NCBI GenBank assembly: GCA_934525065.1
Contig: CAKSYX010000003.1
Coordinates: 27,543-91,542, forward strand
Reading direction: 5' to 3'
Length of the DNA stretch: 64,000 nucleotides
Source of the DNA: an uncultured Eubacteriales bacterium
GTDB lineage: Bacteria; Bacillota; Clostridia; Oscillospirales; Acutalibacteraceae
Under the pieces are notes generated by a model that had not been told where the DNA came from, made no database searches, and saw only the letters and a program-made list of their open reading frames with translations. Every line of letters begins with the position of its first letter. Within the stretch, counting starts at the first letter, position 1. Shown here piece after piece: positions 7,733-17,503 of this stretch. The position numbers and the translations under genes were made by a program.

Positions 7733-8074
7733 GCGGATACGAAGCTGTATGTTTAGAAAACGCTTAAAAGAGCAAAATTATTTTCAATATCATCGAGAAA
7801 CAAAGACTATATTTCATATGAAGCTCTGATTTTGACAGGCCTCGTGAAATACAGTCTTTTTCTTTTTGTTTTGCTCTTTGGTCTGCGCTGTTACTCTTTG
7901 CCAAAAAGAGCGCATTTTTCTTTACAAATATCATTCTTATTCATCATAAATAAATAGATACACTATGGTATAATACGTGTAATTGTGCCGAAAAAACAGA
8001 CACGGCTTTTAAAAGCGGAAGCCGAACCTCCGTTCCGTGGCGTTTTCGGCGTATAAATGAGAGGAGTTTAAATT

Positions 8075-9904
8075 TTGAGCAGATTATCAATTCCAACCCC
8101 GATAAGCGCTCAGGGTGTTATTGATGAGATCTACGGCGATCTTGTCCGCCGCCTTCAGGCGAACCCCGTGAGCGTTTGTCCCGTTGACATGGCTGCCGCC
8201 TTTGTCGGCGTCTGCCGCAGCCAGTCATGCGGAAAATGCACGCCCTGCCGCGTCGGTCTGGGTCAGCTCCATAAGCTGATTGAATCCGTCCTTGACGGCG
8301 ATGCCGACGAAAGCACACTTGACCTCATTGAAAAAACTGCCCGGGTAATCAATGCAACTGCCGATTGTGCGATCGGCTATGAGGCGGCGCAGATGGTTCT
8401 GCGCGGTCTGAACGGCTTCAGAGAGGACTATGAAGCCCACCTCAGGGGCACCTGCCTTTGCCGCTTTGACAAGGCCGTTCCCTGCGTTTCACTCTGCCCG
8501 GCGAACGTTGACGTTCCCGGCTATGTTGCCCTTGTCAAGGCCGGCAGATATCAGGACGCTGTGCGTCTCATCCGTAAGGACAACCCCTTTCCCTCCGCCT
8601 GCGCCCTTATCTGTGAGCATCCGTGCGAATCGCATTGCCGAAGGAGGCTTGTTGACGCGGCGGTCAATATCCGCGGCCTGAAAAGGATGGCCGTTGACAA
8701 TGCGGGCAAGGTTCCCGTTCCGCCCTGCGCAAAGGAAACCGGAAAAAAGGTTGCCGTCATCGGCGGCGGTCCGTCGGGTCTCACCGCGGCCTACTTCCTT
8801 TCCCTCATGGGTCATAAGGTCACTGTTTTTGAAAAGAGAAAGTACCTCGGCGGAATGCTTCGCTACGGCATTCCCAGCTACCGCCTGCCAAGAGAGATTC
8901 TTGAGGATGAAATTGATTCCATCCTTTCAACGGGAATTGAAGTCAAAATGGGCATTGATATCGGAACAGACATCACCTTTGAAGAGATCAGAAGTAATTT
9001 TGACGCAACCTATATCGCAATCGGTGCTCATACCGACAACAAGCTCGGCATTGAGGGCGAGGACGGAAACGGCGTAATTTCCGCCGTTGAAATGCTGCGC
9101 GCGATCGGCGACGGCGAAATGCCGGATTACAGCGGAAAGAACGTTGTTGTCATCGGCGGCGGAAACGTTGCAATGGACTGCACAAGAAGCTCAATGCGTC
9201 TCGGAGCAAAAAGTGTCACCTGCGTTTACAGAAGACGCCGTGAGGACATGACCGCTATGCCCGAAGAGGTTGAGGGCGCAATGGCCGAGGACTGCGATAT
9301 CCTTGAGCTCATGACCCCGGAAAGAATTGAGCTTGACGAAAACAGAAACGTCAAGGCTCTCTGGGTCGCTCCGCAGATGATAAGCAACATCAAGCGCGGC
9401 AGACCGGCTCCCATTCGTACCGATGAGCCGCTTCGCAGGATCGAATGTGACCTCATCGTTGTTGCAATCGGTCAGGCTATTGAATCGAATCACTTCGCAG
9501 ACAGCGGTGTTCAAACAAAATGGGGACGCATTATGGCCGACATGAAAACGATTGTCAGCGACCACGAGGGTCTTTTCTCCGGCGGAGACTGCGTAACCGG
9601 CCCGGCGAGCGCAATCATGGCGATTGCGGCCGGAAAGACCGCCGCCGCGAACATTGACCATTACCTCGGATTTGACAGCAAAATAAGCGTTGACGTTGAA
9701 ATTCCGGAAGCCCCCATCGCTCCTCAGCCGCCCTGCGGCAGGATAAACCTGAGCGAAAGGTCTGCCGATGAAAGAAAGCGCGACTTCAAGCTCATGGAAA
9801 ATTCAATGACGCTCAAGCAGGCGTATCAGGAGGCCTCGCGCTGCCTGAGATGTGATAAATTCGGCTACGGCGCACTGAAGGGAGGAAGAATATTCAAATG
9901 GTAA
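8075..9904 (+). CDS. GltD-like NAD(P)H oxidoreductase subunit with N-terminal NuoF-type 4Fe-4S module (hydrogenase partner)
   Basis: SCGKCTPCRVG (NuoF Fe-S motif), Cys-rich ferredoxin-like segment, VAVIGGGPSGLTAAYFL and VVVIGGGNVAMDC dinucleotide folds. The stop overlaps the hydA start. Confidence 0.8.
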   Translation: MSRLSIPTPISAQGVIDEIYGDLVRRLQANPVSVCPVDMAAAFVGVCRSQSCGKCTPCRVGLGQLHKLIESVLDGDADESTLDLIEKTARVINATADCAIGYEAAQMVLRGLNGFREDYEAHLRGTCLCRFDKAVPCVSLCPANVDVPGYVALVKAGRYQDAVRLIRKDNPFPSACALICEHPCESHCRRRLVDAAVNIRGLKRMAVDNAGKVPVPPCAKETGKKVAVIGGGPSGLTAAYFLSLMGHKVTVFEKRKYLGGMLRYGIPSYRLPREILEDEIDSILSTGIEVKMGIDIGTDITFEEIRSNFDATYIAIGAHTDNKLGIEGEDGNGVISAVEMLRAIGDGEMPDYSGKNVVVIGGGNVAMDCTRSSMRLGAKSVTCVYRRRREDMTAMPEEVEGAMAEDCDILELMTPERIELDENRNVKALWVAPQMISNIKRGRPAPIRTDEPLRRIECDLIVVAIGQAIESNHFADSGVQTKWGRIMADMKTIVSDHEGLFSGGDCVTGPASAIMAIAAGKTAAANIDHYLGFDSKISVDVEIPEAPIAPQPPCGRINLSERSADERKRDFKLMENSMTLKQAYQEASRCLRCDKFGYGALKGGRIFKW

Positions 9905-11631
9905 AGCTCACTGTTGATAACGTTGCCGTTGAGGTTGAAAACGGCGCAACAATCCTTGACGCCGCCCGAAAGGCGAATATACATATTCCGACTCTCTGCT
10001 ATTTCAAGGAGCTGAATGAGATCGGTGCTTGCCGAATCTGCGTTGTTGAGGTCAAGGGCAACGAACGTCTTGTTGCCGCCTGCAACACCAAGGCAGAGGA
10101 CGGAATGGTGATTCTTACAAACAGTCCGCGTGTCCGCGAGGCGAGAAACGTGAACATCAAGCTCATCCTCAGCGAGCACGACTGCTACTGCACGACCTGC
10201 GTCAGAAGCGGAACCTGTCAGCTTCAAAAGGTCGCGAATGACCTCAATATTTTTTCGAACGACTATGAGACCCGAATTGAGCGCAACAAGCCTCACGGCG
10301 ATTTTCCGCTCGTCAGGGATGCAGGCCGCTGCATCAAATGTATGCGCTGCATTCAGGTTTGCGATAAGGTTCAGGCTCTGCACATCTGGGAGGTTCAGAA
10401 CACCGGCTCAAGAACCACCGTTGCCGTTAAGAACCACAAAAAGCTTTGGGAAACAGACTGCTCTCTCTGCGGTCAGTGCATCACTCATTGCCCGACCGGC
10501 GCACTGAGGGAAAGAGACGACACCGAAAAGGTCTATGCCGCCCTCGCCGACCCGTCAAAAATCACCGTTGTTCAGTTCGCTCCGGCTGTCCGCACAGCCT
10601 GGGCCGAGGCCTTCGGCCTTTCGCCCGAATTTGCAACGGAAAAGCGCATGGTCGCCGCCGCAAAGGCTCTCGGCTTCAACTATGTTTTTGACACTGACTT
10701 CTCCGCCGACCTCACCATTATGGAGGAGGGCAGCGAGTTCCTTGACAGGCTCCAAAACGGCAAAGCACTGCCGCTCATGACCTCCTGCTGTCCCGGTTGG
10801 GTACGTTTCCTCAAGGGACAGTATCCGGAGTTTACGGATAACCTTTCAACCGCAAAATCTCCGCAGCAGATGTTCGGCGCAGTGACAAAGAGCTATTTTG
10901 CAAAGCTGCTCGGCGTAAGGCCGGAGAGCATTTTCTGCGTTTCCGTCATGCCCTGCACGGCAAAAAAGCATGAGTGCTCAATTGAAAATATGAACGATGC
11001 CTGCGGTGAGCCGGATGTTGATGTCTCGCTCACTACGAGAGAATTTTCAAGAATGCTGCGTGCCGACCACGTCGGAGTTGAAGGGCTGCCGGAATGTGAA
11101 TTTGACAGTCCTCTCGGTGCCGCAACGGGAGCCGGGGTGATCTTCGGCGCAACCGGCGGTGTTATGGAGGCGGCACTTCGCAGCGCGTACTTCCTTGTCA
11201 CCGGGGAAAACCCCGATGCTGACGCTTTCTCCGGTGTGCGCGGCCTTGACGGCTGGAAGGAGATGACCTGTGACATCAAGGACACAAAGGTGAGAGTTGC
11301 CGTTGTCAGCGGTCTTAAGAACACGAGAAAGCTCCTTGAAGCGCTCAAGGCCGGTGAGGTCAGCTATGACTTCATCGAGGTCATGGCGTGTCCCGGCGGC
11401 TGCGCGGGAGGCGGCGGACAGCCTATCCACGACGGCGAAGAAAGAGCAGGCTTGAGAGGAGAGCTGCTCTATAAGCTTGACAGAGAAAATCCTCTTCGCT
11501 TCTCCCATGAGAACCCGGAGGTTCAAACTCTTTACAAAGACTTCCTTGAAAAGCCGCTTTCGCACGCGGCTCACCGCCTTCTTCACACCGACCACAGAGC
11601 GTGGGAGATGCCTCAGGAGAGCGAAGAATAA
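9898..11631 (+). CDS. hydA: [FeFe]-hydrogenase catalytic subunit (group A)
   Basis: N-terminal 2Fe-2S and 4Fe-4S Cys clusters. H-cluster motifs TSCCPGW, MPCTAKK, EVMACPGGCAGGGGQP. Confidence 0.9.
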   Translation: MVKLTVDNVAVEVENGATILDAARKANIHIPTLCYFKELNEIGACRICVVEVKGNERLVAACNTKAEDGMVILTNSPRVREARNVNIKLILSEHDCYCTTCVRSGTCQLQKVANDLNIFSNDYETRIERNKPHGDFPLVRDAGRCIKCMRCIQVCDKVQALHIWEVQNTGSRTTVAVKNHKKLWETDCSLCGQCITHCPTGALRERDDTEKVYAALADPSKITVVQFAPAVRTAWAEAFGLSPEFATEKRMVAAAKALGFNYVFDTDFSADLTIMEEGSEFLDRLQNGKALPLMTSCCPGWVRFLKGQYPEFTDNLSTAKSPQQMFGAVTKSYFAKLLGVRPESIFCVSVMPCTAKKHECSIENMNDACGEPDVDVSLTTREFSRMLRADHVGVEGLPECEFDSPLGAATGAGVIFGATGGVMEAALRSAYFLVTGENPDADAFSGVRGLDGWKEMTCDIKDTKVRVAVVSGLKNTRKLLEALKAGEVSYDFIEVMACPGGCAGGGGQPIHDGEERAGLRGELLYKLDRENPLRFSHENPEVQTLYKDFLEKPLSHAAHRLLHTDHRAWEMPQESEE

Positions 11632-11650
11632 CCGCTGCAAATATATGAAA

Positions 11651-11680
11651 GCCCTGCCGCCTGTTTTTTCGGGCGGCAGG
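11651..11680 (+). terminator. hairpin terminator after hydA
   Basis: GCCCTGCCGCC-tgttttttc-GGGCGGCAGG. Only a short T-run follows. Confidence 0.55.
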
Positions 11681-11686
11681 ACTTTA

Positions 11687-11728
11687 TAGATGTTAGATGT
11701 TAGATGTTAGATTTTGGATATTAGATGT
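11687..11728. repeat. heptanucleotide tandem repeat block 1 (TAGATGT x6, degenerate)
   Basis: tagatgt tagatgt tagatgt tagattt tggatat tagatgt. Confidence 0.9.
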
Positions 11729-11788
11729 GTTTATTTTTATGTGGTGCCGAATGGTTAGGTTGTTCGATTTCCTTTAATTTGATTATAT

Positions 11789-11872
11789 CCGGCGTCCGGA
11801 ATCTGGCATCTGGCATCCGGATTGGCAAATATCTATTATCTATTATTTGTTATCCGTTATCTATTATCTAAG
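11789..11872. repeat. heptanucleotide tandem repeat blocks 2 and 3 (CYGGNAT x5, then ATCTATT-like x6), one continuous 7-nt register
   Basis: ccggcgt ccggaat ctggcat ctggcat ccggatt ggcaaat atctatt atctatt atttgtt atccgtt atctatt atctaag. Confidence 0.9.
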
Positions 11873-11930
11873 AAGCGTTGCGGTTTTGCGGCCGGGTCGT
11901 GTGCAAGCGGCAGCGTTCGCCGATGGTATT

Positions 11931-12950
11931 TTAAAGCTCTTCATACCCCGGAAGAGAATGAATCAGCGGAAGGATCCCCGTGTCCCTGCCGGAAAGATTA
12001 TAGTTCTGGAACATATCATAGCCGGGCAAAACGTTGCCTTCAATGAGAACCGGGCCGCTTTCGGTAATCGCTGCGTCCCAGCCGATATAACCGACCTGAG
12101 GAATTACGTCCGCACCCTTTTTGCAAAGCTCAACAGCTTCCTTGTGAAGCGGAACCTCAAAGTTCAAAAGGTCAACGCCGGTCATCGGATGTGTATCATA
12201 GAAAAGGCCGGTCTTGTCGCAAAACGCTTTTGAAGCCGATTTTCCGTTCCTGTCAAGGAGAATATACATTCCGCCGCTTGTGATGTTGTCAACCGCCTTT
12301 GTTCCGTTGCCGAAACGAAGGAGCGAATAAAGATAATGAACCACACCGTTTTTGTCGCGCAGGGTAACGATCCTGACAGAGTTGACGGAGCTGGGGCAGA
12401 GTGCATTCATAACAGGGTGCTGTTTGATTTTTTCTTCAATGAGTACCTGTCCGTTTTCTTTAAGGCGGGCATAAAGGGCAGAAAAATCAGTGTCCTCATC
12501 CGTTTCAACCTTTTCAATCTGCTGACCGCCGAAGGAACGCGGATACTTTGCAAAAACCGCCCCGTGCTTTTTGCAAAAAGCGGTAAACTCGTTTTCGCCG
12601 GCGTTTTCAAGGTTCAGCCATTCGCGGCCGATAAAGTCCGAAAATGCCTCGTCAAACTTAAGCTTGTCTTTGAAAAACGGTGTGTACTGAGGGTCATTTG
12701 CGCTTGAAGAAAGCGCAACGTTTTTATTATAGGTCAAAAATGTATCGCGCTTTGCGCCCTTGACCTTTGCAAAGCCGAAAACGGTGTAGTCAAGGTAGCC
12801 CACTCCCCTTTTTGCGGCGCAAAGGCACATATCAACCGCCGTTGCAAGACGGTTTGAACCGTAGTTTTCGTGAATCTGGCTGATATACATATTCATGCGC
12901 TTGAAGCTCATGGACTTTACTCTCGCGGCGAAATTTGAAAAACTGCTCAT
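11931..12950 (-). CDS. ATP-grasp protein (sugar-transfer-associated / alpha-L-glutamate-ligase-like type)
   Basis: ...SVNSVRIVTL...LRFGNGTKAVDNITSGGMYILLD...HPMTG...IGWDAAITESGPVLIEGN... matches the RimK-related ATP-grasp pattern as I remember it. Confidence 0.6.
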   Translation of the reverse strand: MSSFSNFAARVKSMSFKRMNMYISQIHENYGSNRLATAVDMCLCAAKRGVGYLDYTVFGFAKVKGAKRDTFLTYNKNVALSSSANDPQYTPFFKDKLKFDEAFSDFIGREWLNLENAGENEFTAFCKKHGAVFAKYPRSFGGQQIEKVETDEDTDFSALYARLKENGQVLIEEKIKQHPVMNALCPSSVNSVRIVTLRDKNGVVHYLYSLLRFGNGTKAVDNITSGGMYILLDRNGKSASKAFCDKTGLFYDTHPMTGVDLLNFEVPLHKEAVELCKKGADVIPQVGYIGWDAAITESGPVLIEGNVLPGYDMFQNYNLSGRDTGILPLIHSLPGYEEL

Positions 12951-12995
12951 ACTGTACCTCTTTATACTTTTATATAATAGTTTTATCCTGTTATG

Positions 12996-13023
12996 ATTTT
13001 ACCATTCTGATTTTATTTGTCAA
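12996..13023 (-). promoter_or_regulatory. sigma-A-type promoter for the ATP-grasp gene
   Basis: Minus strand reads TTGACA (13018-13023), 16 nt, TAAAAT (12996-13001). Confidence 0.5.
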
Positions 13024-13124
13024 CACGGCAAAGGTATATAAATTGCAAACTTTTAACAGAATAAAAATTTGTGTGACATTTTGCTAACATTTTTTAATAT
13101 TATTAACAATTTATTGAAATCTTC

Positions 13125-13154
13125 TTGATTTTATTAAGCGCCTCATGGTATAAT
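13125..13154 (+). promoter_or_regulatory. sigma-A-type promoter (extended -10) for the cotH-like gene
   Basis: TTGATT (13125-13130), 18 nt, TGgTATAAT (13146-13154). Confidence 0.5.
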
Positions 13155-13219
13155 TTGCATATAAACTTGTGCTATTGTCAGGTAAATTTATAATAATATA
13201 TGGAAAGAGGCGATATGTT

Positions 13220-15070
13220 ATGAAAAAAATGAAGACTGTGATTGCTCTGTTGCTGTCGATGATTATAATCGTTTCATCAGCGGCTTCATTCGGACTCACC
13301 TTTGCGGTTGATTCAAACGTTGCTCCGCATTTTGCGGTTTCGGTTGCAGGTAGCGGAGAAGCCCCGGACTCCGTCGGAACCGTTAATTGGTGGAAAAGCG
13401 ATGTTGACGGAAAATACTATATGTTCATGCCTTCAGGCTCAGACCTTTCTGAGCTTAAGGTTTGGATCTCCTCTTCTGCTCCCGTAATATGCGGTGAAAA
13501 GGAACTTAAAAACGGAGAAACAACAGACGCTTTTTCCGGCGGCGGAGAATTCGCTCTTTCCTGCGGCGGAAAAAATTACAGCGTTGTTTTTCTTGCTTCA
13601 AGTGAGCTTCCTTCGGTATTTATAAACGTTCCCGACGGCGGGCTTGACCGCATTCATGCCGATAAGGAACACAAGGAAAAAGGCTGCTCAATGCTTGCCG
13701 TCAATGAAAAGGGAAAAACTGATTATGACGGAAAGCTTGATTCAATGAAGGGCAGAGGAAACTCAACCTGGGGTATGGTCAAAAAGCCGTACAACATCAA
13801 GCTTGAGAGCAAATCAAAGCTTTTCGGAATGGAAAAGGCAAAAGCATGGTGTCTTATTGCCAACTATGAGGACAAGTCTCTCGTTCGCAATCAAGTAACC
13901 TACGGGCTCGGTGAAGCAATAGGCATGAAAGAAACACCCGATTGCAAAAACACCGATCTTTATATCAACGGTGAATACAAAGGCGTTTATCTTATTACCG
14001 AAAAGGTTGAAATCAAGAAAAACCGTGTTGATATTTATGACCTTGAAGAAGCAACCGAGGAGGCAAACGAAGGCAAAGAGCTTTCAGAGTTTGCGCAAAA
14101 GGGCTTTGGCGGAAAGTTTTCCGGCTTCATTGAAAACAGGCAACGCTGGTTTGAAATTCCAAATGATCCGTCAGACATCACCGGCGGATATCTGCTTGAG
14201 CTTGAGGTTGCCGACCGTTACCCAAATGAAGCAAGCGGATTTGTTACGAAGCATGGTCAGGCCGTTGTTGCAAAATCTCCGGAATATGCTTCAATGGCTC
14301 AAATAAAATACATCAGCTCCTATTGGCAGGAAATGGAGGACGCACTTTATTCCGAAGACGGAAAGAACAAAAGCGGAAAGCATTTTTCCGAATATATTGA
14401 TACGGAATCCTTTGCAAAACAGTACATTATTCAGGAATGGAGCAGCAACTGGGACGCAGGCCTCACAAGCAACTATTTTTATAAAGATATCGGCGGAAAG
14501 CTTGTTGCAGGTCCCATCTGGGATTTTGACAACGCTCTTATGAATACTGCCGGAAGAGACGGAACAGACCTCACCGACCCGACAAACCTCCACGCCGCAA
14601 AAAGGTCGCTTTGGTATAATTCTCTTATGGGCAGCAAGAGCTTCAAGGCAACACCGAACATCTATGCACTCGGTATGCGCCACAGGGAGTTTGTTGCCGA
14701 AGTCGAAAAGCAGATGAAAGAAAAAGTTGTTCCCGCTGTAAGTGAACTGCTTGATTCAAAATACGATAAATATATTGAAAAGGTTGAAAATTCGGCAGTG
14801 ATGAATGCCATTAGATGGAATTATTACAATACAACAAATGAAGTTGAAATTTTGAATAATTACACCGCAGAGATATCCGCAATTAAGAACTTCGTTTCCG
14901 AAAGAACAAGCTTTCTTTCAAGCGCGCTTACTGTTGACAACCCGGAATTCGAATTTAAAATAGATTCCGCCCAAAAAGCAAAAGAAAATTTCAACAAAAT
15001 TCCGTCTGCTTTTGTTGACGGGCTTGAGCTGTTTCTTTATTATTTTTGTAAAATGTTTTCAATAAAATAA
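13220..15070 (+). CDS. secreted CotH-family (atypical kinase fold) protein
   Basis: Start moved to MKKMKTVIALLLSMIIIVSSAASFG (signal peptide, RBS GAAAGAGG). CotH-like blocks: KKPYNIKL, WCLIANYEDKSLVRN, GVYLITEKVE, NYFYKD...GPIWDFDNAL. Confidence 0.7.
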   Translation: MKKMKTVIALLLSMIIIVSSAASFGLTFAVDSNVAPHFAVSVAGSGEAPDSVGTVNWWKSDVDGKYYMFMPSGSDLSELKVWISSSAPVICGEKELKNGETTDAFSGGGEFALSCGGKNYSVVFLASSELPSVFINVPDGGLDRIHADKEHKEKGCSMLAVNEKGKTDYDGKLDSMKGRGNSTWGMVKKPYNIKLESKSKLFGMEKAKAWCLIANYEDKSLVRNQVTYGLGEAIGMKETPDCKNTDLYINGEYKGVYLITEKVEIKKNRVDIYDLEEATEEANEGKELSEFAQKGFGGKFSGFIENRQRWFEIPNDPSDITGGYLLELEVADRYPNEASGFVTKHGQAVVAKSPEYASMAQIKYISSYWQEMEDALYSEDGKNKSGKHFSEYIDTESFAKQYIIQEWSSNWDAGLTSNYFYKDIGGKLVAGPIWDFDNALMNTAGRDGTDLTDPTNLHAAKRSLWYNSLMGSKSFKATPNIYALGMRHREFVAEVEKQMKEKVVPAVSELLDSKYDKYIEKVENSAVMNAIRWNYYNTTNEVEILNNYTAEISAIKNFVSERTSFLSSALTVDNPEFEFKIDSAQKAKENFNKIPSAFVDGLELFLYYFCKMFSIK

Positions 15071-15224
15071 ATAATAAAAAAGGGGGCTGTTCGAAACAGT
15101 ACCCCTTTTTAATAATTGCTGCGTAAAATGAAAACTTATTTTGTGATAATTATAAAATGTTTTTTCTTGACGGCATATAATTTTTGTGGTAGTATTTTTT
15201 TATCAAAAATACGGAGGTATGAAA

Positions 15225-17339
15225 ATGAAAAAAATTCTTGTTTCTGTTTCAGCAGTACTGCTCGCCGTTTTCCTTTCGTTTGCAGTTTACGCGGCAAATG
15301 AATCCGAGCCGAACAACAGTATGCTCCAGGCAAATTCGATTTCAACAAACGGCACCGTTTACGGTAATATATCCGTTAGCGGCGATGAGGACTACTACAA
15401 AGTCACTCTTCCATCTTCCGGAAGACTGTCTATTAAATTCAACTCATTCATTGAATACTACAGCCTTGTTCTTTTCGATGACGGCGGAAGCAACATCTGG
15501 TGGTCGGATAACAATCAGTGGGCTTCTACAACTATGATGAGAAGTGATACCAAAACAATAGACCTTGAAAAAGGTACATACTATCTCAAAGTTATTGGAC
15601 GTCGGTACTGGAATGGAAGCAGCAACTACACAGGAAACTATAACTTCACACTTTCCTTTGCCGCCTCGGGCGCAAATGTTGCAGAACCGAACAATAGCAT
15701 TGCTGAAGCACAAGCAATAAGTTTTGACTCAGCGGTCAAGGGACAGATCGCAGTTAACGACAGAGAAGATTACTATGCCGTCACTCTTCCGTCCTCCGGC
15801 AGAATAACTCTCAAATTTAATTCTTTCATGCAGTACTATTCTGTCGTTCTTTATGACACGGACGGAAATGAGCTCTGGTACAACGATGACAACGAATGGG
15901 TCTCCACCACACAAAAGAGAAGTGATACCCACACAATAGACCTCGAAAGCGGTACATATTATCTCAAGGTCAACGGCTATCATTATCGCGACGATAGCTG
16001 GTATTCTTCAACAGGAAACTATAACTTCACGCTTTCCTTTGCCGCCTCGGGCGCAAACATTGCAGAACCGAACAACAGCATTGCCGAAGCGAAGGCAATA
16101 AAATCCGGCTTGACAGTCAAGGGGCAAATCGCAATCAACGACAGGGACGATTACTATGCCGTTACTCTCCCCTCCTCCGGCAGAATAACTCTTAAATTTA
16201 ATTCTTTCATGCAGTATTATTCTGTCGTTCTTTATGACACGGACGGAAAAGAGCTTTGGTTCACCGATGACAATGAATGGGTATCTACCACACAGAAAAG
16301 AAGCGATACCTATACGATAGACCTTGAAAAGGGCATATATTATCTCAAGGTCAATGGTTACCTTTACAGAGATTCGTATCCTTCAACCGGCAATTATAAC
16401 TTCACTGTTTCTTTTAAAGCCTCTGGCGCGAATATTGCAGAGCCGAACAACAGTATCGCCGAAGCAAAGAAAATTAAATTCGGTTCAACAGTCAAGGGAC
16501 AGATTGCAGTTAACGACAGAGACGATTACTATTACTTCACACTTTCAGCTTCCGGAACGGTAACTATTAAGTTCAATTCTTATATGCGGTACTACTGCGT
16601 CGTCATCTATGATGCAGACGGAAAAGAACTTTGGTATACCGATGATAATGAGTGGATTTCAAGCAATAAATCAAGAAGCGATAAGCACAGTATTTCGCTT
16701 TCCGCAGGTACATATTATCTCAAAGTCAATGGCTACCTTTACGGAAATTCGTATGCTTCAACCGGCAATTATAACTTCACGCTGAAACAGGATATCTATG
16801 TTCCGAAGGTTTCACGCGTCTCGGCAAAAAGTTCAACCTCATCAATTTCCCTCTCATGGAAAAAGGTCTCCGGTGTTTCCGGCTACGAAGTTCAGATGAA
16901 GAGCGGAAAGAAATACAAAACCGTTGCAACAGCTTCAAAGACAAAAGCCGCCGTCAAAAAGCTCAAAACAGGAACGAAATACGCTTTCAGAATCAGAGCA
17001 TACAAGGTCGTTTCCGGCGTAAAATATTATTCGGGCTGGACAACATTTTCGGCTGCAACCGCCCCCGCCGCACCGTCACTCAAGGTAACGGCAGGAACAA
17101 AGAGCGCGACCCTCAAAGCAGGAAAGCAGGCAGCTTCGGGATTTGAAATTTACAGAGCAAGCAGCAAAAACGGAAAGTACAAAAAAATTGCAACCGTCAA
17201 AGGCTCGTCGCTCAGCTATAAAAACAAATCACTCAAAAGCAAAAGCACCTATTACTATAAGGTCAGAGCTTATGTCAGTGTTAACGGAGCAAAATACTAC
17301 GGCGCATTTTCATCCGTAAAATCAGCAAGAGCAAAATAA
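15225..17339 (+). CDS. secreted repeat protein: 4 x PPC (pre-peptidase C-terminal-like) domains plus 2 x fibronectin type III
   Basis: Signal peptide MKKILVSVSAVLLAVFLSFAVYA. Four ~125-aa units start EPNNS..A..I and contain DYY.VTLPSSGR...GNYNFTL. The tail has two FN3-like units (SLSWKKVSGVSGYEVQ, GFEIYRASSKNGKYKK). Confidence 0.75.
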   Translation: MKKILVSVSAVLLAVFLSFAVYAANESEPNNSMLQANSISTNGTVYGNISVSGDEDYYKVTLPSSGRLSIKFNSFIEYYSLVLFDDGGSNIWWSDNNQWASTTMMRSDTKTIDLEKGTYYLKVIGRRYWNGSSNYTGNYNFTLSFAASGANVAEPNNSIAEAQAISFDSAVKGQIAVNDREDYYAVTLPSSGRITLKFNSFMQYYSVVLYDTDGNELWYNDDNEWVSTTQKRSDTHTIDLESGTYYLKVNGYHYRDDSWYSSTGNYNFTLSFAASGANIAEPNNSIAEAKAIKSGLTVKGQIAINDRDDYYAVTLPSSGRITLKFNSFMQYYSVVLYDTDGKELWFTDDNEWVSTTQKRSDTYTIDLEKGIYYLKVNGYLYRDSYPSTGNYNFTVSFKASGANIAEPNNSIAEAKKIKFGSTVKGQIAVNDRDDYYYFTLSASGTVTIKFNSYMRYYCVVIYDADGKELWYTDDNEWISSNKSRSDKHSISLSAGTYYLKVNGYLYGNSYASTGNYNFTLKQDIYVPKVSRVSAKSSTSSISLSWKKVSGVSGYEVQMKSGKKYKTVATASKTKAAVKKLKTGTKYAFRIRAYKVVSGVKYYSGWTTFSAATAPAAPSLKVTAGTKSATLKAGKQAASGFEIYRASSKNGKYKKIATVKGSSLSYKNKSLKSKSTYYYKVRAYVSVNGAKYYGAFSSVKSARAK
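15306..16795 (+). repeat. four tandem ~375-381-nt coding repeats (PPC units)
   Basis: Unit starts at 15306, 15684, 16065 and 16440. Units 2 and 3 share near-identical stretches, e.g. ctccggcagaataactct.aaatttaattctttcatgcagta.tattctgtcgttctttatgacacggacggaaa. Confidence 0.85.
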
Positions 17340-17344
17340 GCAAT

Positions 17345-17376
17345 TTCCCTCTCCGTTTTGGAGGGGGAATTTTTTT
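17345..17376 (+). terminator. rho-independent terminator
   Basis: TTCCCTCTCC-gtttt-GGAGGGGGAA followed by TTTTTTT. Confidence 0.8.
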
Positions 17377-17503
17377 CATCAGACATCTGTCGCTTTAAAA
17401 TTTTGATTTTTCCTTGCTAACCGTGCCCGATTATGGTATAATTTTACCGCTTTAAATCAGACTTTTAATAAAAGTCTAAAAGAAAAAGAAAGAAGGAAAA
17501 AAC

